NCBI GenBank assembly: GCA_973895155.1
Contig: OZ316892.1
Coordinates: 12,092,238 to 12,156,237, forward strand
Reading direction: 5' to 3'
DNA from: Marsupella aquatica
Lineage: Eukaryota > Plantae > Marchantiophyta
DNA length: 64,000 nucleotides
The notes below the pieces were generated by a model. That model worked only from the letters and a program-made list of their open reading frames with translations. It was not told where the DNA came from and did not search any database. The position numbers and the translations under genes were made by a program. Below, one piece after another: positions 23,541 through 36,838 of the stretch. Position 1 is the stretch's first letter; the number at the start of each line of letters is the position of its first letter.

Positions 23541-24914
23541 ATGGGACGCACCACAGTCCATCAACGGATACTCAGTTGGGTGCAATCAAGTATAATTATA
23601 GGGGAACACTTGGCCATTGCATTGGACATCAAGCAGCACCCGGAGCACACATACGGATGGTGGGTGTTTGGTTTGAGGAAAACGCTGACCGCAGATCCCA
23701 AAGGCCACAAGCCTGGAGGAATCATCCATTTTCTTGGGTCATTTCTCTTGAACAGGATGGAGGGGCTCATCTCAGTTCCCGAACCAGAGGAAGGAGTATT
23801 GCCCTCCTTCCCAACCGTCTTACGAAAGATTGCCACCACCGTCGTGCAGAATTTGACCACAGATTCCACCAAGGAGCTGGCCACTGATGTCGTGGTGGAG
23901 GGGGCACCGGACGAAGAGGAGGATATGGATGAAGAGTTTACCATGTAGTGGTTGAAGTCCTTGATTGGTAATCCCGAGGAGCCCATTGTGTATGACATTC
24001 CAGAGGTATACTTGGCGGAATTGCAAGAGTACCGTGATGCTATTAACGAGGGCTGGCAATTGTGCAAAGCCATGAAGTGGGCTCTGAGTAGGGCCAATGC
24101 TAAGGTGGCCACCTTGCAAGTTGGGCACAAGGCGCTGAAGGAGGTCATACTGTCCAAGGAGGAGACTATTCAAGAGAGGAGTAGGTTGTTGAAGCAAGCC
24201 TATGACCAAGTTGGCCACTTGCAAGGAGCCCTGTCCACCAAGGCCAAGGAGGCCGAGGAAGCAGTTGCTTTGAGGAAGGAGCTGGTAACGATGAAGCAAG
24301 CCGAAAAGGGCGTGGATGCCCTCAAAAAGCAGATTTCAAAGTTGCGTGGCCAGGTGAGTGCTTATGAGACAAGGGCCAAGAGAGCCGACGCCCTGAGTCT
24401 AGGGAAGAGGAAGAAGCCCTGTCCACCCGGTGTTACTCCCGTTGCTTTGCCAGAGATGTTGGCCAAGGCCATTGATGCAGTGGTCATCGAAGTAACCAAG
24501 ACTTATGGGCCAATGTTGGAAGCGGCCAAAAAGGACAAGGAGAAGTGCAAGAGCCTGGAGAATAAGTTGAAGTCAACCCGCAAAGCACTAAGGAACGCAA
24601 CGTCTGGCCAGGGAACCACGGGTATGCCACCTAGGTCGGTGACCCCGGGAACTCCCATGGCCATGGGCCAAGTCTTGCCACTGGAATTGCAGGGTGATGA
24701 GGAGACAACGTTGTGGAAGGACACCATCGGTCATGGATACATTAGGGCTTGGCAGGCTTTGGCGGCATTACAGAAGCAAGGAACCTCGGGCCAAACGTTG
24801 GGAAGGACCACCCCGGGGAGGAGTAGGGGAGGAGGTGTTGCATCTACCCAGGGGGGCAGTGATGACTCTCGGGGATGGAGCCTTGGCACCGTAAGTGAGT
24901 CCGAGGAGGATTAG
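23541..24914 (+). pseudogene. Second accessory coiled-coil ORF with one in-frame TAG at 23946-23948
   Basis: ORFs 23541-23948 and 23952-24914 are in the same frame and separated only by a stop. The composition is coiled-coil-like. Confidence 0.55.
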
Positions 24915-26441
24915 TAGTAGTACGGATGTTGACCGTACAGAGATTGGTTTTGGGCACATGTCCAACTGGCCAACTCATGGGCTTATTGGAAGGAGCTTGT
25001 CGAGCTGAATCTAACAATGTAAGACACGCCTCAAACGGAGTTAAAATGAGAGAGATACGGACCGGAGCATTTTGGTGAAGAATTAGGGTCCAATGTCGTA
25101 CGGACGTCCGTACAACCTTCAGGAGAGTGACCCGGCCAAGTCAGGGCATGTGGCCAGGGTACCTCAATTTGATGTCGTGATGGGAGGCCGGGACCGTACG
25201 GACTATTTGGACGCGGCGGTGACCAGGGTAAAGTTTGGGACTTGGCAAGCCATATCTCAGGCGTCTGATGTCCATTTTGGGAGCCGTTTTCAGGGTTACG
25301 ATCAGGATGGCCGTGGCTACTCATAAAATTTCTCAGGACCAGATTTAGATCAACTTCTACTTTTGGCTATTTCCATGGTCACTCAGTGGGAGGCGTTGGC
25401 CACACTGTAGTAGGAAGGTAGGCCATGGCCTACATAGGACATTAGTCTAGTTTTGTTTAGTTGGTGTGATGGCCGATGAAGGCACCGTTGGCCTCACTTA
25501 AGTAGCAATAGGATTAGGGGTGCATGTGTGTGCCGCATGTGTAGAAAACTTTTAGGTTAGCGGCGTCGCCAGTGGATGGCGGCCAGCCAGGGCAGTGGCC
25601 GCCGCCACACCCTAGGGCTTGTGTGTTTACACATTGTTGTTTTCAGTATTTAACCAGCAGCCCCCGGTAGGAGCAGGGGGGGAACTCAATCTAGTGTTGT
25701 TTTTGTGAGGATTAGCCTTCAACAAGAGTAGGGAATTGATCTGGAGTATTGAGGTGGAGAGGGCTCATTGTCCCGTGAGGTAGGAGTTGTGTAGACGATA
25801 GGAGACCGGGTTGCCCATGCAATGTGCTACCTTGGCCACTAATAGATATGGATTTGATTGAATTCTCATGACTTCTTGTGTGTTATTCCCTCTCTTGGTT
25901 GCACGATTGTGTTCTTCCCCTAGTATGAGTATTTAGAGAAACTTACATGGCTTGGTCAACCCTGTGAGTGGGAGAGTGGTGACAGCACTTTGCCAAAGGC
26001 CAGGAGGAGTAGAAGCAAGGTAGTCCACGGGACTTGATCAAAAGCAGATTACGTATAGTCGGTAGACTTGATCAAAAAATACATTTCCGGGAGCGGAAAC
26101 AAATCTACTCATCCTTAGTATGAAATTGATCCATATAACGTCCCTCCACGTCCCCATCATACGATACAAACAATTTTTAGTGGAACCATGTGGTGTTTGT
26201 TGTGTTAGTCATTTGATAAGCAAGTGACAAGTCGTAATCTCTATTGAATATTGGACTTTTGATTGTCTACACGAGTCTCGTGTTTTCTATTTAATGAAAG
26301 AACCTTCAACTTTGTAGATGACTGTCTCCATTGCTTGTTCTGTGATATTTGCTTAGATTAGAGTTAGAGATTTTCACACGAGCCTCGTGTAGGCTGTTTT
26401 AAAAGATGTTTTTGTTGCAAATATTTTTCTTCAGATCCAGA

Positions 26442-29400
26442 ATGGCTTCAAGAACGCAGCTTCTACTTGGAGAAGTCGTTCACCTGCTTATCAATGAACA
26501 ACCAGTTGCTGGTGGAAAGGTTTTTTGTGTTCTATCTTTCGACACCTGCCACTCTGTGTTGCTTGGAGCAGAACGGATAAGTGTGGTGGTGGACAATGCT
26601 TTTTTTCACCTCGAACAGCTGCCGAATCCACATGCGGGAGCTGATCTAGTAGGAGAGTCGGTGAACTCCGTTGTTTTGTGGGATCGGCAAGATGTCCGCC
26701 ATGCAAATGACATGAATCTTGGAGGTCAAACAGATTCAGCTTATGTCATTGATGACCCAGTTGACAATATTCAAGGTAATTCTGAATCAGCCACCGGACT
26801 GGAGGGGAAAAAGGTTTTTGCGGAGGATCTGAAAGATCGTAGCACATGGTTCAAGAAGTTTGCCCTTCTCTATGCGGACAACGGAGAAACCTTGCTTGCA
26901 AGAGGTTGCATCATTATCCCACATCCTCTCGCGTCCATTAACAACGAGCGAGTTGGGGAAGATCATGTTGGTGTGAATATTTCGAGTCTAGCTATTGAAG
27001 CTGGCTTGGGAAAAGTTTTGTTCCCTCAATTTGTTGACGGATCACCATGCACAGTTTGATGGCCAATCAACAAAACTAGGATTGAGCCTAGAATGGAATG
27101 TCTGAGTGATCTTTTAGATTGGAATGATGGTAACGATGAGGGAGTTAGAATTCTCTCATATATCAAGCCAAAAAGGGGCTATAACAATCAACAAAGAAAT
27201 CCTCAAGATTCAAACAAGAAGGAGAGAAAATGACTCGAGAAAAGACGCAATCAAAAGATGTCTCGAGTGTCCATAGATACTCTTTATCGGGTTGATTGTT
27301 GCTCACAGAGTTGTTGTCGATGACAACTCCGTGAGACCGTCACTAACATTAGGGAAGAGTACTATGGTCTATCTCATGTTGAGCAACATACTTACGTGCT
27401 CAATCATCTTCACTGTCGTGACGATGAAACCATCGCCTTAGGCATGATTGTATTCAAGGGAAGCAGGATCTGCAAGGAAGCTTTCTAGAATATTCATGGA
27501 TTTTCTCGAGGAACATTTTACACAATGTATTCAGGATACATGGTGGGGGCAAAAGTTGGTGTTCATGGGAATGAATGGACCATCAAGACCAAAGACTACG
27601 TTGTGTTGTTCACAAAATCAATTCGAAGTATCCTACATAAATGTGCAGAACCAATGCCACATCTTCACAAAATTGGTGTTTCAGGCAAGTAGGAAGTTGT
27701 TTTCAGGGTTCCAATAAGTTTCAGGAGAAAAGATGTTTTTGAAGAGGCTTGCGAGCTTAACAAAAACCTGGGTATTCACTCGCCCTCTCTCCCAACCTTC
27801 TACAAGCTTTTGGATAAATATTTCCCCAATTTCCAATTCCAAGGTTGGAGCAACTTTGCAAAATGCGATCTCTGCACGACCATTAAAGAAACACTTCGGG
27901 GGGAGAAACGGATGGATAAGATTTTAGAAATCAAGGCAAAGCGCAAACGGCATATGTTGGAACAACAATCACGCAGGAGTATGTACTATGCAGCAAAACT
28001 TGCGGCGGACCAAGAGCCCGACAAATATTTTTCTGTGATTCACGATAAAATGGATCAAGCCAAGACCGGAATCCCTAAAATGACTTCTACACTCAAGAGC
28101 CAAGGAGGCAAATCAATCCCGCTACCAATGACGCTGATGGGGATGTTAACGCATGGACGGGAGCCTGGAATTTATGCACATTTTGCCCTTTCTGGTTTGT
28201 GGGCAAGCGGTCCTGATTTTACAGTCTCTTTGCTTGCAAAGTTATTTTGTGATCTCGAATCATTTGTGGGAGATAAGACCGGCGATCTAGCTCTCAACAC
28301 CTCTAACGTCACAGATCCAATCTTTGTATCCCTCTTGGATTGGCGTGCCTTTGAGGTAGGATACCTTGAAACCAAAAAGATCTCTCTCGCTCACTTCGTA
28401 GGGCTTGGTGACTCACACAAGAGTCGCGTAGAGCCTTCAACATCGCTACCCTTCAAGGCGCTTCCTTGACACCTCCACCTTCAACTTGATAACTTGGGAA
28501 AGGATAACAAGAACCAGACAGTTCTGGCTTTCTGTAGCGAGCTTGTTCTAAGAGGAGTGTTTGAGTCTGTAACTCTTTCCTTTTTGATGGTGGGGCACAC
28601 TCATGAGGATGTGGATGCCTTCTTCTCTAGAGTCGGGATAAGGATCTACAATCGAGAGCTTACCACATTTTTTGGTTTGATGGCGGAGGTTTGGGAGTGC
28701 AAGAAGAAACATCCGGTTCCAAGGTTCATCCGCAAAGTTGCATCTTACAAAGCTTATGTAGGACCATTTGTCAAAGGATCCAGGGTCAATCAACACCTGT
28801 TCAATTCTTGTTCTCAATGAAGGAGAATGTCCCAGTCTACCAATATCGAGAGAAAATTGATACGCCTTGGCTACCGACAAAGGGTCAAACAATTTGGTTG
28901 TTTGACTTAGAGAGAAACCAATACAAATTTCCAATTGGAAGTCCTTATTCCAAGTGGATGGAGTCTTCTCACAAGCGAGCGAATGACATTTTGGAATACT
29001 TGATCCATTATATCTCATGGTTGAAGACTGCATGGAAGGATGTTACATTGGAGGGATATCGTCTCCAAAGTCCAGAGATTCAATACTGGAAAAACATTGT
29101 TTCTGTGTTTCAGGACACACTTTGCTCTCCTTCGCTAGCAGGGGTAGATTATCCATTACTTGCTGGATTCTGGCCTCGAACGAACCATGGAACTGGGTAT
29201 TGTCAAGATGGTCAGAACATGGATACCAACCCAAGCGAAGACAATGGGGTGATGCATAATCTGGAAAGAGAGCTTCAAGAAGATGAAGAAGAGAGGCAAA
29301 CAATCTTTGTCGGACACCCTTCTCAGCGTGAGAGGTCAAGATTTACTCCTCTAGAAGATATTAAAAAGAATACATTTGTTATTATTTGACCCACCGATGA

Positions 29401-29735
29401 ATTTGAAACCAGAATTCCGCAACAATTTTGGCTTGCAAAAGCAATCGATTGTGTCGTAAGAGATCCCGACGATGCGCATGTTGGAGAGTTCCAAGTTGAA
29501 TGGTGGCACCCTCTTAATCGCAAGAGTTTGGCAACCAAATCAAAAAGATATCGGGACTGCTTTAATTCAAGCAAACGTGGGAAATGGATCCCAATTACCT
29601 CATTCCCCCAATCATGAATGATTGGATCCTAGCAACTTCAACCATCACCGAATGGACATCAAAAGCAAAAGCAAAGGTAAAAGTTCCAGTAAGAGTTTTG
29701 GAAAGTGTGAAGGTTTACATTTCAAAAACGATTGA
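26442..29735 (+). pseudogene. DDE transposase, Sola/DUF7869-like, with N-terminal DUF8039-like repeats; multiple stops and frameshifts
   Basis: CCSQSCC and ICKEAF..IHG in the N-terminal Zn region, then AKCDLC, VIHDKMDQAKT, LHLQLDNLGKDNKNQ and SFLMVGHTHEDVDAFFS. The C-terminal FWLAKAI...FQVEWW suggests a beta-barrel. The superfamily assignment is tentative. Confidence 0.75.
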
Positions 29736-29977
29736 AGAGAACTAAAATCCTTTCTCGACTCGAGACTCGCGTGGAAGACACTTGGTGATGCACGGCACGT
29801 CCTAATTGTCAGGTTCAGGATTGTGGGAGAACAATAGGCGAGGTTGGAGCTGGTTTGTTCCAATCACTTTTCGCACGAGGCTCGTGTAGGTCGGATTACT
29901 TAGCTCGAGGATCATTTTTTGGAAAGTGAAAGGTGTGTACTTGTACTCAATGTCATATTCACTGCAATGGCGTGCAT

Positions 29978-30321
29978 TGTTGAGCATAGACGACATTCGC
30001 AACGGCAAGCCCATGAACCATCCAACGCACAATAGTCGACGTAGAGAGATACGTGGTTCACCTCCACATGAGGCTATGTCCACGGGAACACACAAGAGCT
30101 TTACTGCACTCTAGGCCGACCGGCCATACCAAGCATCCACAGCACAAGCTCTTCCTATCTCTCAACTAGCTCCGTAACAATGAGCCTAAGTTCCACTAGG
30201 GTCTGGCATCAGCCCTGGCTATATGCACAACAGCACTACCGCTAACATTAGCTAAGTCCTAACCCGAGTTAGCCTAACTCTAGTTAGCTCATGAGTCACA
30301 AGACTAGAGCAATATCTAACA
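29978..30321 (-). repeat. Copia 3' LTR
   Basis: TGTTGAGC...TCTAACA, with 6 mismatches to 36490-36833 by eye. The PPT AGGGGGAG (minus strand) is adjacent at ~30324-30331. Confidence 0.95.
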
Positions 30322-30528
30322 AACTCCCCCTTGACTCTTGTCTTGGGGACTAGACTAAATGCTACCATATGGAATCCTCAGCGGGAAGTTCTAGACAATC
30401 ACCAAACCAGGTCTCCCCCTAAAAACCACAAGGGTTAACTAAGGGTTAACTAGAACTAAGCCGTAGCCTAACAGGAATGAGTAATCCATATACAAAGAGT
30501 CACACATTGCTAAATAACTCTACTTGCA

Positions 30529-33500
30529 CTACAACTGCAAAACCTGCAAAGTAGCACGGTGTCTTGAGAAACTCTCCAAAGGAATCACTTTGGTAAAGGC
30601 ATCAACAGGATTGAGCTTTCCATCAATCTTGACTAGCTCAAAAGTTTTATCAGACACTGCTTGCCTGATAAAATGGTACCTGATATCAATGTGCTTCACC
30701 CTGCTATCCATCACCTGGTTAGCAGCCAAGTGAAGAGCACTCTGACTATCACAGTTTAGAGTCATTTTTCCATGCTCTAAACCCATCTCCGCGATCAACT
30801 TATCCAACCAAATTGCTTCCTTTGTAGCTTCTGCTGCTGCAACATACTCTGCTTCTGTAGTAGACTGAGATATGCACTTCTGCAAGGTAGATTTCCAACT
30901 GATACATCCTCCTCCAAGAGTGTATACAAACCCAGTTGTAGATCTCCTTGTATCCAGATAGCTTCCATAGTCAGAATCTACATAGCCAACTAACGTTCTA
31001 TTTGATCTGTTATTAAATAGTAATCCATAGTCCTGTGTTCCCTTCACATACCTAAGAATCCATTTCACAGCTTCCCAATGTACCTTCCCTGGATTTGACA
31101 TGAATCTGCTAACCTTGCCCATCGCTAGGGCCAAGTCAGGCCTAGTACAAGTCATCAAATACATCAGACTGCCTACTGCCTTCTCATAAGGAATCTTAGC
31201 CATCAGACCTTTCTCCACAACATCCGTAGGAGAGAAAGCCGATGATAACTTGAAATGTGAAGCTAAAGGAATACTCACTGGCTTACAGCTCTCCATGTTG
31301 AATCGTGCAAGTACTTTCCTCGCATACTGGCCTTGACTCAAGCACAACTGTCCAGTCTCAGAGTTCCTAAAAATCTCCATCCCTAAGATCCTCTTGGCCT
31401 TACCAAGATCCTTCATCTTGAATTCAACGCTCAATTTCGCCTTGAGACTGTCAACCTCAGATTGATCTTTAGCCACAATTAGCATGTCATCCACATAGAT
31501 CACCAGAATGATGAAACCAAATACATCATTCTTGACTGATTTTGTATACACACAAGGATCATACACCATCCTTGTAAAACCTTGAGCAAGCATGAAATCA
31601 TCAAACCGCTTGTTCCACTGTCTGGGAGACTGCTTCAATCCATACAAGGATTTGAGCAATCTGCAAACTAAGTTCTCTTGGCCCTTCTTCATAAAGCCTA
31701 GTGGCTGTCTCATGAAGATCATCTCTTCCAAGTTGCCATAGAGAAAAGCAGTAACAACATCCACCTGATCCATCACCAGATTAAAAAACACAACAAGCTG
31801 ACACAAGATCCGAATTGTGGAATACTTAGCCACCGGTACGTGAAAAGACCTCATTGTAATCCACTCCTTTCTCCTGAGTGAACCCCTTGGCAACAAGCCT
31901 TGCCTTGTAGATCTTATCTCCACCCTCTGAAGGACTGTCCTTCAACTTGTAAATCCACTTGCTGTCCACCACTTGTTGACCTCTTGGAAGCTCCACCAGC
32001 TCCCATGTCTTGTTGTCACTCAAAGATTGCAATTCCCTCTACATTGCTGCATTCCACTCATGCTTCTGCTCTGAAGCACAAGCCTCACTATACGAAGAAG
32101 GCTCTCTTTCTTCCAAGATCAAAGCCATATCATCTTCATCAGGTGCAATGTCAATATCATCTAGCTTAGATGAGTCTGCCCATTGACCATACCTGGTAGG
32201 AGCTCTAGTAGAACGATTGGAAGTTTTTCTAGTAGATGACTCTAGCTGATCTGCTGCTGCTGCTGGCTGAATTTGAGGTACCCCAGCAACAATCTGCTCC
32301 TCTTGTTCCATCATAGGAACCAGCTCCAAGCCCGGAGCTTCTCCATCTCTCCTGTCATGAACTGCATCATGACTAATCTCCCCCTCAACCTGGTCCGGGA
32401 TGGGAGATTTCCCCTTGTCAGTATGGGAGTCCTGAGAACTCTCCCCCTCCTTTGATGATCTGGATTCATTAAAGGACACATCTCTACTGACAATTAGTTT
32501 ACAGGTTACTGGATCCCATAACCTATAACCCTTAACACCTTTCTGATAGCCAAGGAAAATGCACTTCTTGGACTTGGACTCCAGCTTGGATCGAAGTTGG
32601 GAAGGTGTAAGCACATAAGCATCACATCCAAAAATCCTCAGATGTGAGTAATCTGCTGGACGCCCATACCTCATTTCAAATGGCGTCTTGAATCCAATAG
32701 AACTGGATGGAGAAAAATTTACCAAATAAGCTGCAGTGTTGACAGCTTCAGCCCAAAACTCATGTGGTAAGCATGATTGACTCAACATACTCCTCGAGCG
32801 ATCCAATAGTGTTCGGTTGAGTCTCTCAGAAACACCATTCTGTTGAGGAGTATAGCTTGTTGTGAGATGGCGGGTAATCCCCTGCTCCTTACAATACGTT
32901 CCAAATTCACCGGAACTGTATTCACCGCCGTTATCCAATCGAAGATATCTCACCTTATTACCAGTCTGATTTTCAACTTGGGCTTTCCACTCCTTAAAAG
33001 TGGCAAAAACATCAGACTTATTGTGTAGAAAGTATATCCACACATACCTTGAGTAATTGTCAATGAACGTGACATAGTATAACCGTCCAGAATGTGAGGG
33101 AGTAGGGGCGGGACCCCACACATCACTATGTACATACTCAAGTACCTCCTTGCTGGTGTGAGTTCCATCTCCGAAGGGTTTCCTGTGCTGCTTCCCTAGC
33201 ACACAGTGCTCACAAAATTCTAACTTACAAGATTGCAAATTAGAAAGTAATCCTTTCTTCTGAAGAATAACCAAACCTTTTTCACTCATGTGGCCCAAAC
33301 GGAAGTGCCACAGCCGGGCCGTCTCCTCATGAGATAAGGTTACATTGGCTTCATCATAGACTACACTGCCCTCCATAACGTATAGATTGCAATGTCTCTT
33401 TCCCTTCAATACAACTTTAGTACCAGTTGAAACCTGAAGGACACCATTAGCAGAACTCCACTGATGGCCATTTGCCTCTAAAACTCCAAGTGAAATGAGA

Positions 33501-34620
33501 TTTTTCATCATGTTGGGAATATGTCTCACATTCCTCAATGTTCTCACAGCACCATCAAACATCTGAAATCTTACAGATCCAAGTCCAACAACTTGACATG
33601 GGATTCCATTTCCCATCAACACTGACCCGTTGGAAACCGTGTAAGAACTGAAATAATCTCTTCTAGAGCAAATGTGAAAAGTACATGCACTATCTAGAAT
33701 CCAGTCATCACTACCTGGATTTGACACTACGTTGAGAGCATAACCTTGACATCACAATATGTCATCATCATCGAGTAAATCTACCTCATGCGAGCTCGAT
33801 GCCGCGTTAGCAGAGGCAGTAGGGACCTTTACTCGACAATCCCTTTTCATGTGGCCAGGCTTGCCACAATTCCAACATGCAAAAGGCTTTCTCTCTTGCG
33901 ATTTCCCTCTGGATTTAGATCTCCCCCGTGATGTAGATCTAAACCTATTCTGTCTATTCGTGCGTTGCGCTGCTCTTCCCCTATTCACATTGAGCGCAGT
34001 GCCAGAAGAAGATGATGTCTGTGATTGACCCAACTTCTTCTGAGCATCATCAGACAGTAATGAGCTCACCACCTCATTATACGAAATGGACTTCAGATCT
34101 CTGTACAAGAGCACCTATTTCAAGCCCTGATAAGACGACGGTAAGGAGCTTAGCAGAAGCAAGGCCTTATCCTCATCTTCAACTCCTTTTTCTAAGTTTG
34201 ACAAATCCACCGCTAGACTGTCAAACTCATCCAGGTGATCCTGTATCTTGCTCCCTTCCTTGAGCCTGCGGCTCATCAAGAGAGACTTCTTGTACAGCCG
34301 GTCTGACGCATCTTCCCGGTAGTATTTCTCTCTTAGAGCCTTGAACAGTGACGTGCAATTCGCATAATCATCCAGTTGCTTGATGATGTGCGGCTTGAGA
34401 TATAGCATCACTGCATTGACAGCAATCACCTGCTCCTGTCTCCACTGCTTCTTTGAGATCTCCTCTTCTCCATCATACTGCTCTCGCGTAGAGAGCAGAT
34501 GAGCTAAGCCCATGGCCCGAAGGACACCCTTCACTTGCTTCTCCCACAGCAAGTAATCAGTACGACCATCGTACTTCTCCACCTCAAACTCACTCCTCCA
34601 AATCTAGCCATCTCCCTCTT
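30529..34620 (-). pseudogene. Copia gag-pol polyprotein with premature stops and a frameshift
   Basis: CWNCGKPGHMKRDC knuckle, WILDSACTFH protease, HFRLGH..CEHC and HSDVWGP/QQNGVSER integrase, SLYGLKQSPRQW/YVDDML RT, and YVDSD..TEAEY RNase H. Stops at 34115, 33752 and 32039, and a frameshift near 31840. Confidence 0.95.
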
Positions 34621-36475
34621 CTTTCCAACTACCGACAGCTCTGGTAGTAACACAGCTTCCTCCACTGCACGTCGCACCGGTGATCATATTGGTGTCACTA
34701 GTTCCTCCTCAAACGGTAGCAGCTCCTCCTCAGACTCTCCGTCTGACCGTCGCGATCCTGAAGCTCCACTGATGCCAATTCTTCCAGTATCCTCCGAGTC
34801 ACTCATATGAATCAATCACAAAAAAATGTCTTTTTTCGAAACTTCTCACAAAACTCAAAACTCAACACCGCCGCGTAGCCCACGAAGCTAGGAGTCCAAT
34901 ACTGAAAGCCGAAATCAAAATCAAAATTCGACAGAAAAGTTATTCAAATTTCGGTCGGGGTGGGTAAAACCTTGGGAAACTCCCCTGTTTTGACCACCTC
35001 GGAGAATACCCAGTATAACCCGTCGTTGGAATTGCGATGTGATCGGTGCGCCGCGATGCTAACTCCAGTGGCAACGTCCTCACCGAAAAAAAACCAAAAA
35101 AGTTACCGTTCGGCGGACAGAATCTTTGTCGAACGGCCGAAAAACAGCTCTTTGTTTTTTGGGAATATTCCCGCACAGTATAGCAGGTCTCACAGGGGGC
35201 CGTTCCCCCTGTCGGAGCGGTTAAAACGGAGGGTCACAGGGCCCAGGACAGCCAATAGAAGAGTCAGCAAGAAAGACAAAAAATTGGCCTTCAAAAAGGG
35301 GGTGTAAAGGCCCTTTGGCAAAAATACGCCTTAAAAGCACGACGCGAGGCGGGCCAGGCAGAGTACAGGGATACGGGTGGGGGTAAACACGGGTAGGAAG
35401 GGAGGAACGACGGGGCCGCGTACAGGCGGTAGCCGCCGTGTATAGGCAGAGTTGGGCTGGGGGTCGCGAGTACGTCGTCGCGAGGCAGCGGCCGGCCGTG
35501 AGGGAGTTACAAAGGGCGAGGGCCTGTATACGGGCTCGCTTAGGGCCGAGGGGGGCTAAACGCGGCCAGCAGCAGCTGCAAACGCACCAATCGGCGCTGC
35601 GCTGCGCCGTGTATTCAGGGTGCACCGGGGTTTGCAAAGGTAGGGGGGCGCGGGCCTAGCAGGGGCGTCCAGCGAGCGGGGAGGGGGGGGAAACAAATAC
35701 ACAGGGGGAGGAGTCGGGGCCCAAGTGTGTGTATACACCTCGTATACACACACAGGGACCAAACCCCCTTTAAACGCCAAAAATGACCCCCCCAAGCAAA
35801 AATCAGTCACACACCTTAATTGCCGCTGATTTAAATGAGAAAAGTGAATGCCGCCAAAGGGATATGTAGCCGAAGTGCACCGACACAGTCTGCAGCTCCA
35901 GCAGAGTAAATTATTTCCGCCGCGTCGCCTTCACTCCGCGTCAAGTACCAATCCGGGCTCAAAACGACCGCCTCGCCGTGATCAAACCGTAGAGCCGTGG
36001 CACTTCGCGTCTCTCCCAACAAGTCGGACGTCACAAAGGGAAACCCGTTTCAGATGAGAACAAGCTCCATAGCTTGTGAAAAAACCTGAACGTCTCCTTC
36101 ACTCGTCACGACGCACTCGGTAACAACTCGGCAGCAATCCAGCTACCAAAACGACCAGCTCGCTTCAACCTTCAACTTGAGCTATAATGTGTGATCCCTC
36201 CCGTACCGCACAGCTCACTCCGTTGAAAAATGCAAACTCTGGTCTCTCCCCCGAAAACCCGTCGAACACGAATAAAACCTGAACGACGCAAACTTTGATT
36301 CCTCCGCACCACAGATACCGATCAGCAAGTTCTAACCACCGTTAGAAAGCCCTCTCACTAACCTATCCGCTCAGCCACACACATTCGAGTTTCATGCGAC
36401 AAAACTCTGAATGTGTCACCGACAATGAACGCTGGAAAAACCTGTCACGAAAAAACCTCGTCACCTCCCAGGCAT

Positions 36476-36487
36476 GCTCTGATACCA
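36476..36487 (-). promoter_or_regulatory. Primer-binding site (tRNA-iMet)
   Basis: TGGTATCAGAGC on the minus strand, 2 nt inside the 5' LTR. Confidence 0.93.
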
Positions 36488-36489
36488 CT

Positions 36490-36833
36490 TGTTGAGCATA
36501 GACGACATTCGCAACGGCAAGCCCATGAACCATCCAACGCACAATAGTCGACACAGAGAGATACGTGGTTCACCTCCACATGAGGCTACGTCCACGGGAA
36601 CACACAAGAGCTTTACTGCACTCTAGGCCGACCGGCCATACCAAGCATCCACAGCACAAGCTCTTCCTATCTCTCAACTAGCTCCGTAACAATGAGCCTA
36701 AGTTCCACCAGGGTCTGGCATCAGCCCTGGCTATATGCACAACAGCACTACCGCTAACATTAGCTAAGTCCTAACCCGAGTTAGCCTAACTATAGTTAGG
36801 TCATGAGTCACAAGACTAGAGCAATATCTAACA
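36490..36833 (-). repeat. Copia 5' LTR
   Basis: Direct repeat of 29978-30321, followed by TSD TGCAT. Confidence 0.95.
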
Positions 36834-36838
36834 TGCAT

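Larger units (their letters stand above)
16748..26164 (+). mobile_element. 9.4-kb GC-rich insertion with short inverted termini and no RT, integrase or transposase (Gypsy-associated or giant solo-LTR-like)
   Basis: Left end TCGTGTGACGGGG versus right end reverse complement TCGTATGATGGGG, with a TG...CA core at 16753-26159. Base composition changes abruptly and the host repeat resumes at 26232. No TSD was found. Confidence 0.6.
29978..36833 (-). mobile_element. Full-length Ty1/copia LTR retrotransposon (TNT1/Tork-like)
   Basis: Two 344-bp TG...CA LTRs, TSD TGCAT on both sides, an iMet PBS, a PPT, and gag-PR-INT-RT-RH gene order. Confidence 0.97.

Noticed and set aside
34476-34500. CTCGCGTAGA half-site in copia gag (also at ~6463) as part of the palindrome system
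   Set aside because: Half-site only, at the homologous coding position in both copias, so it is probably coincidental.
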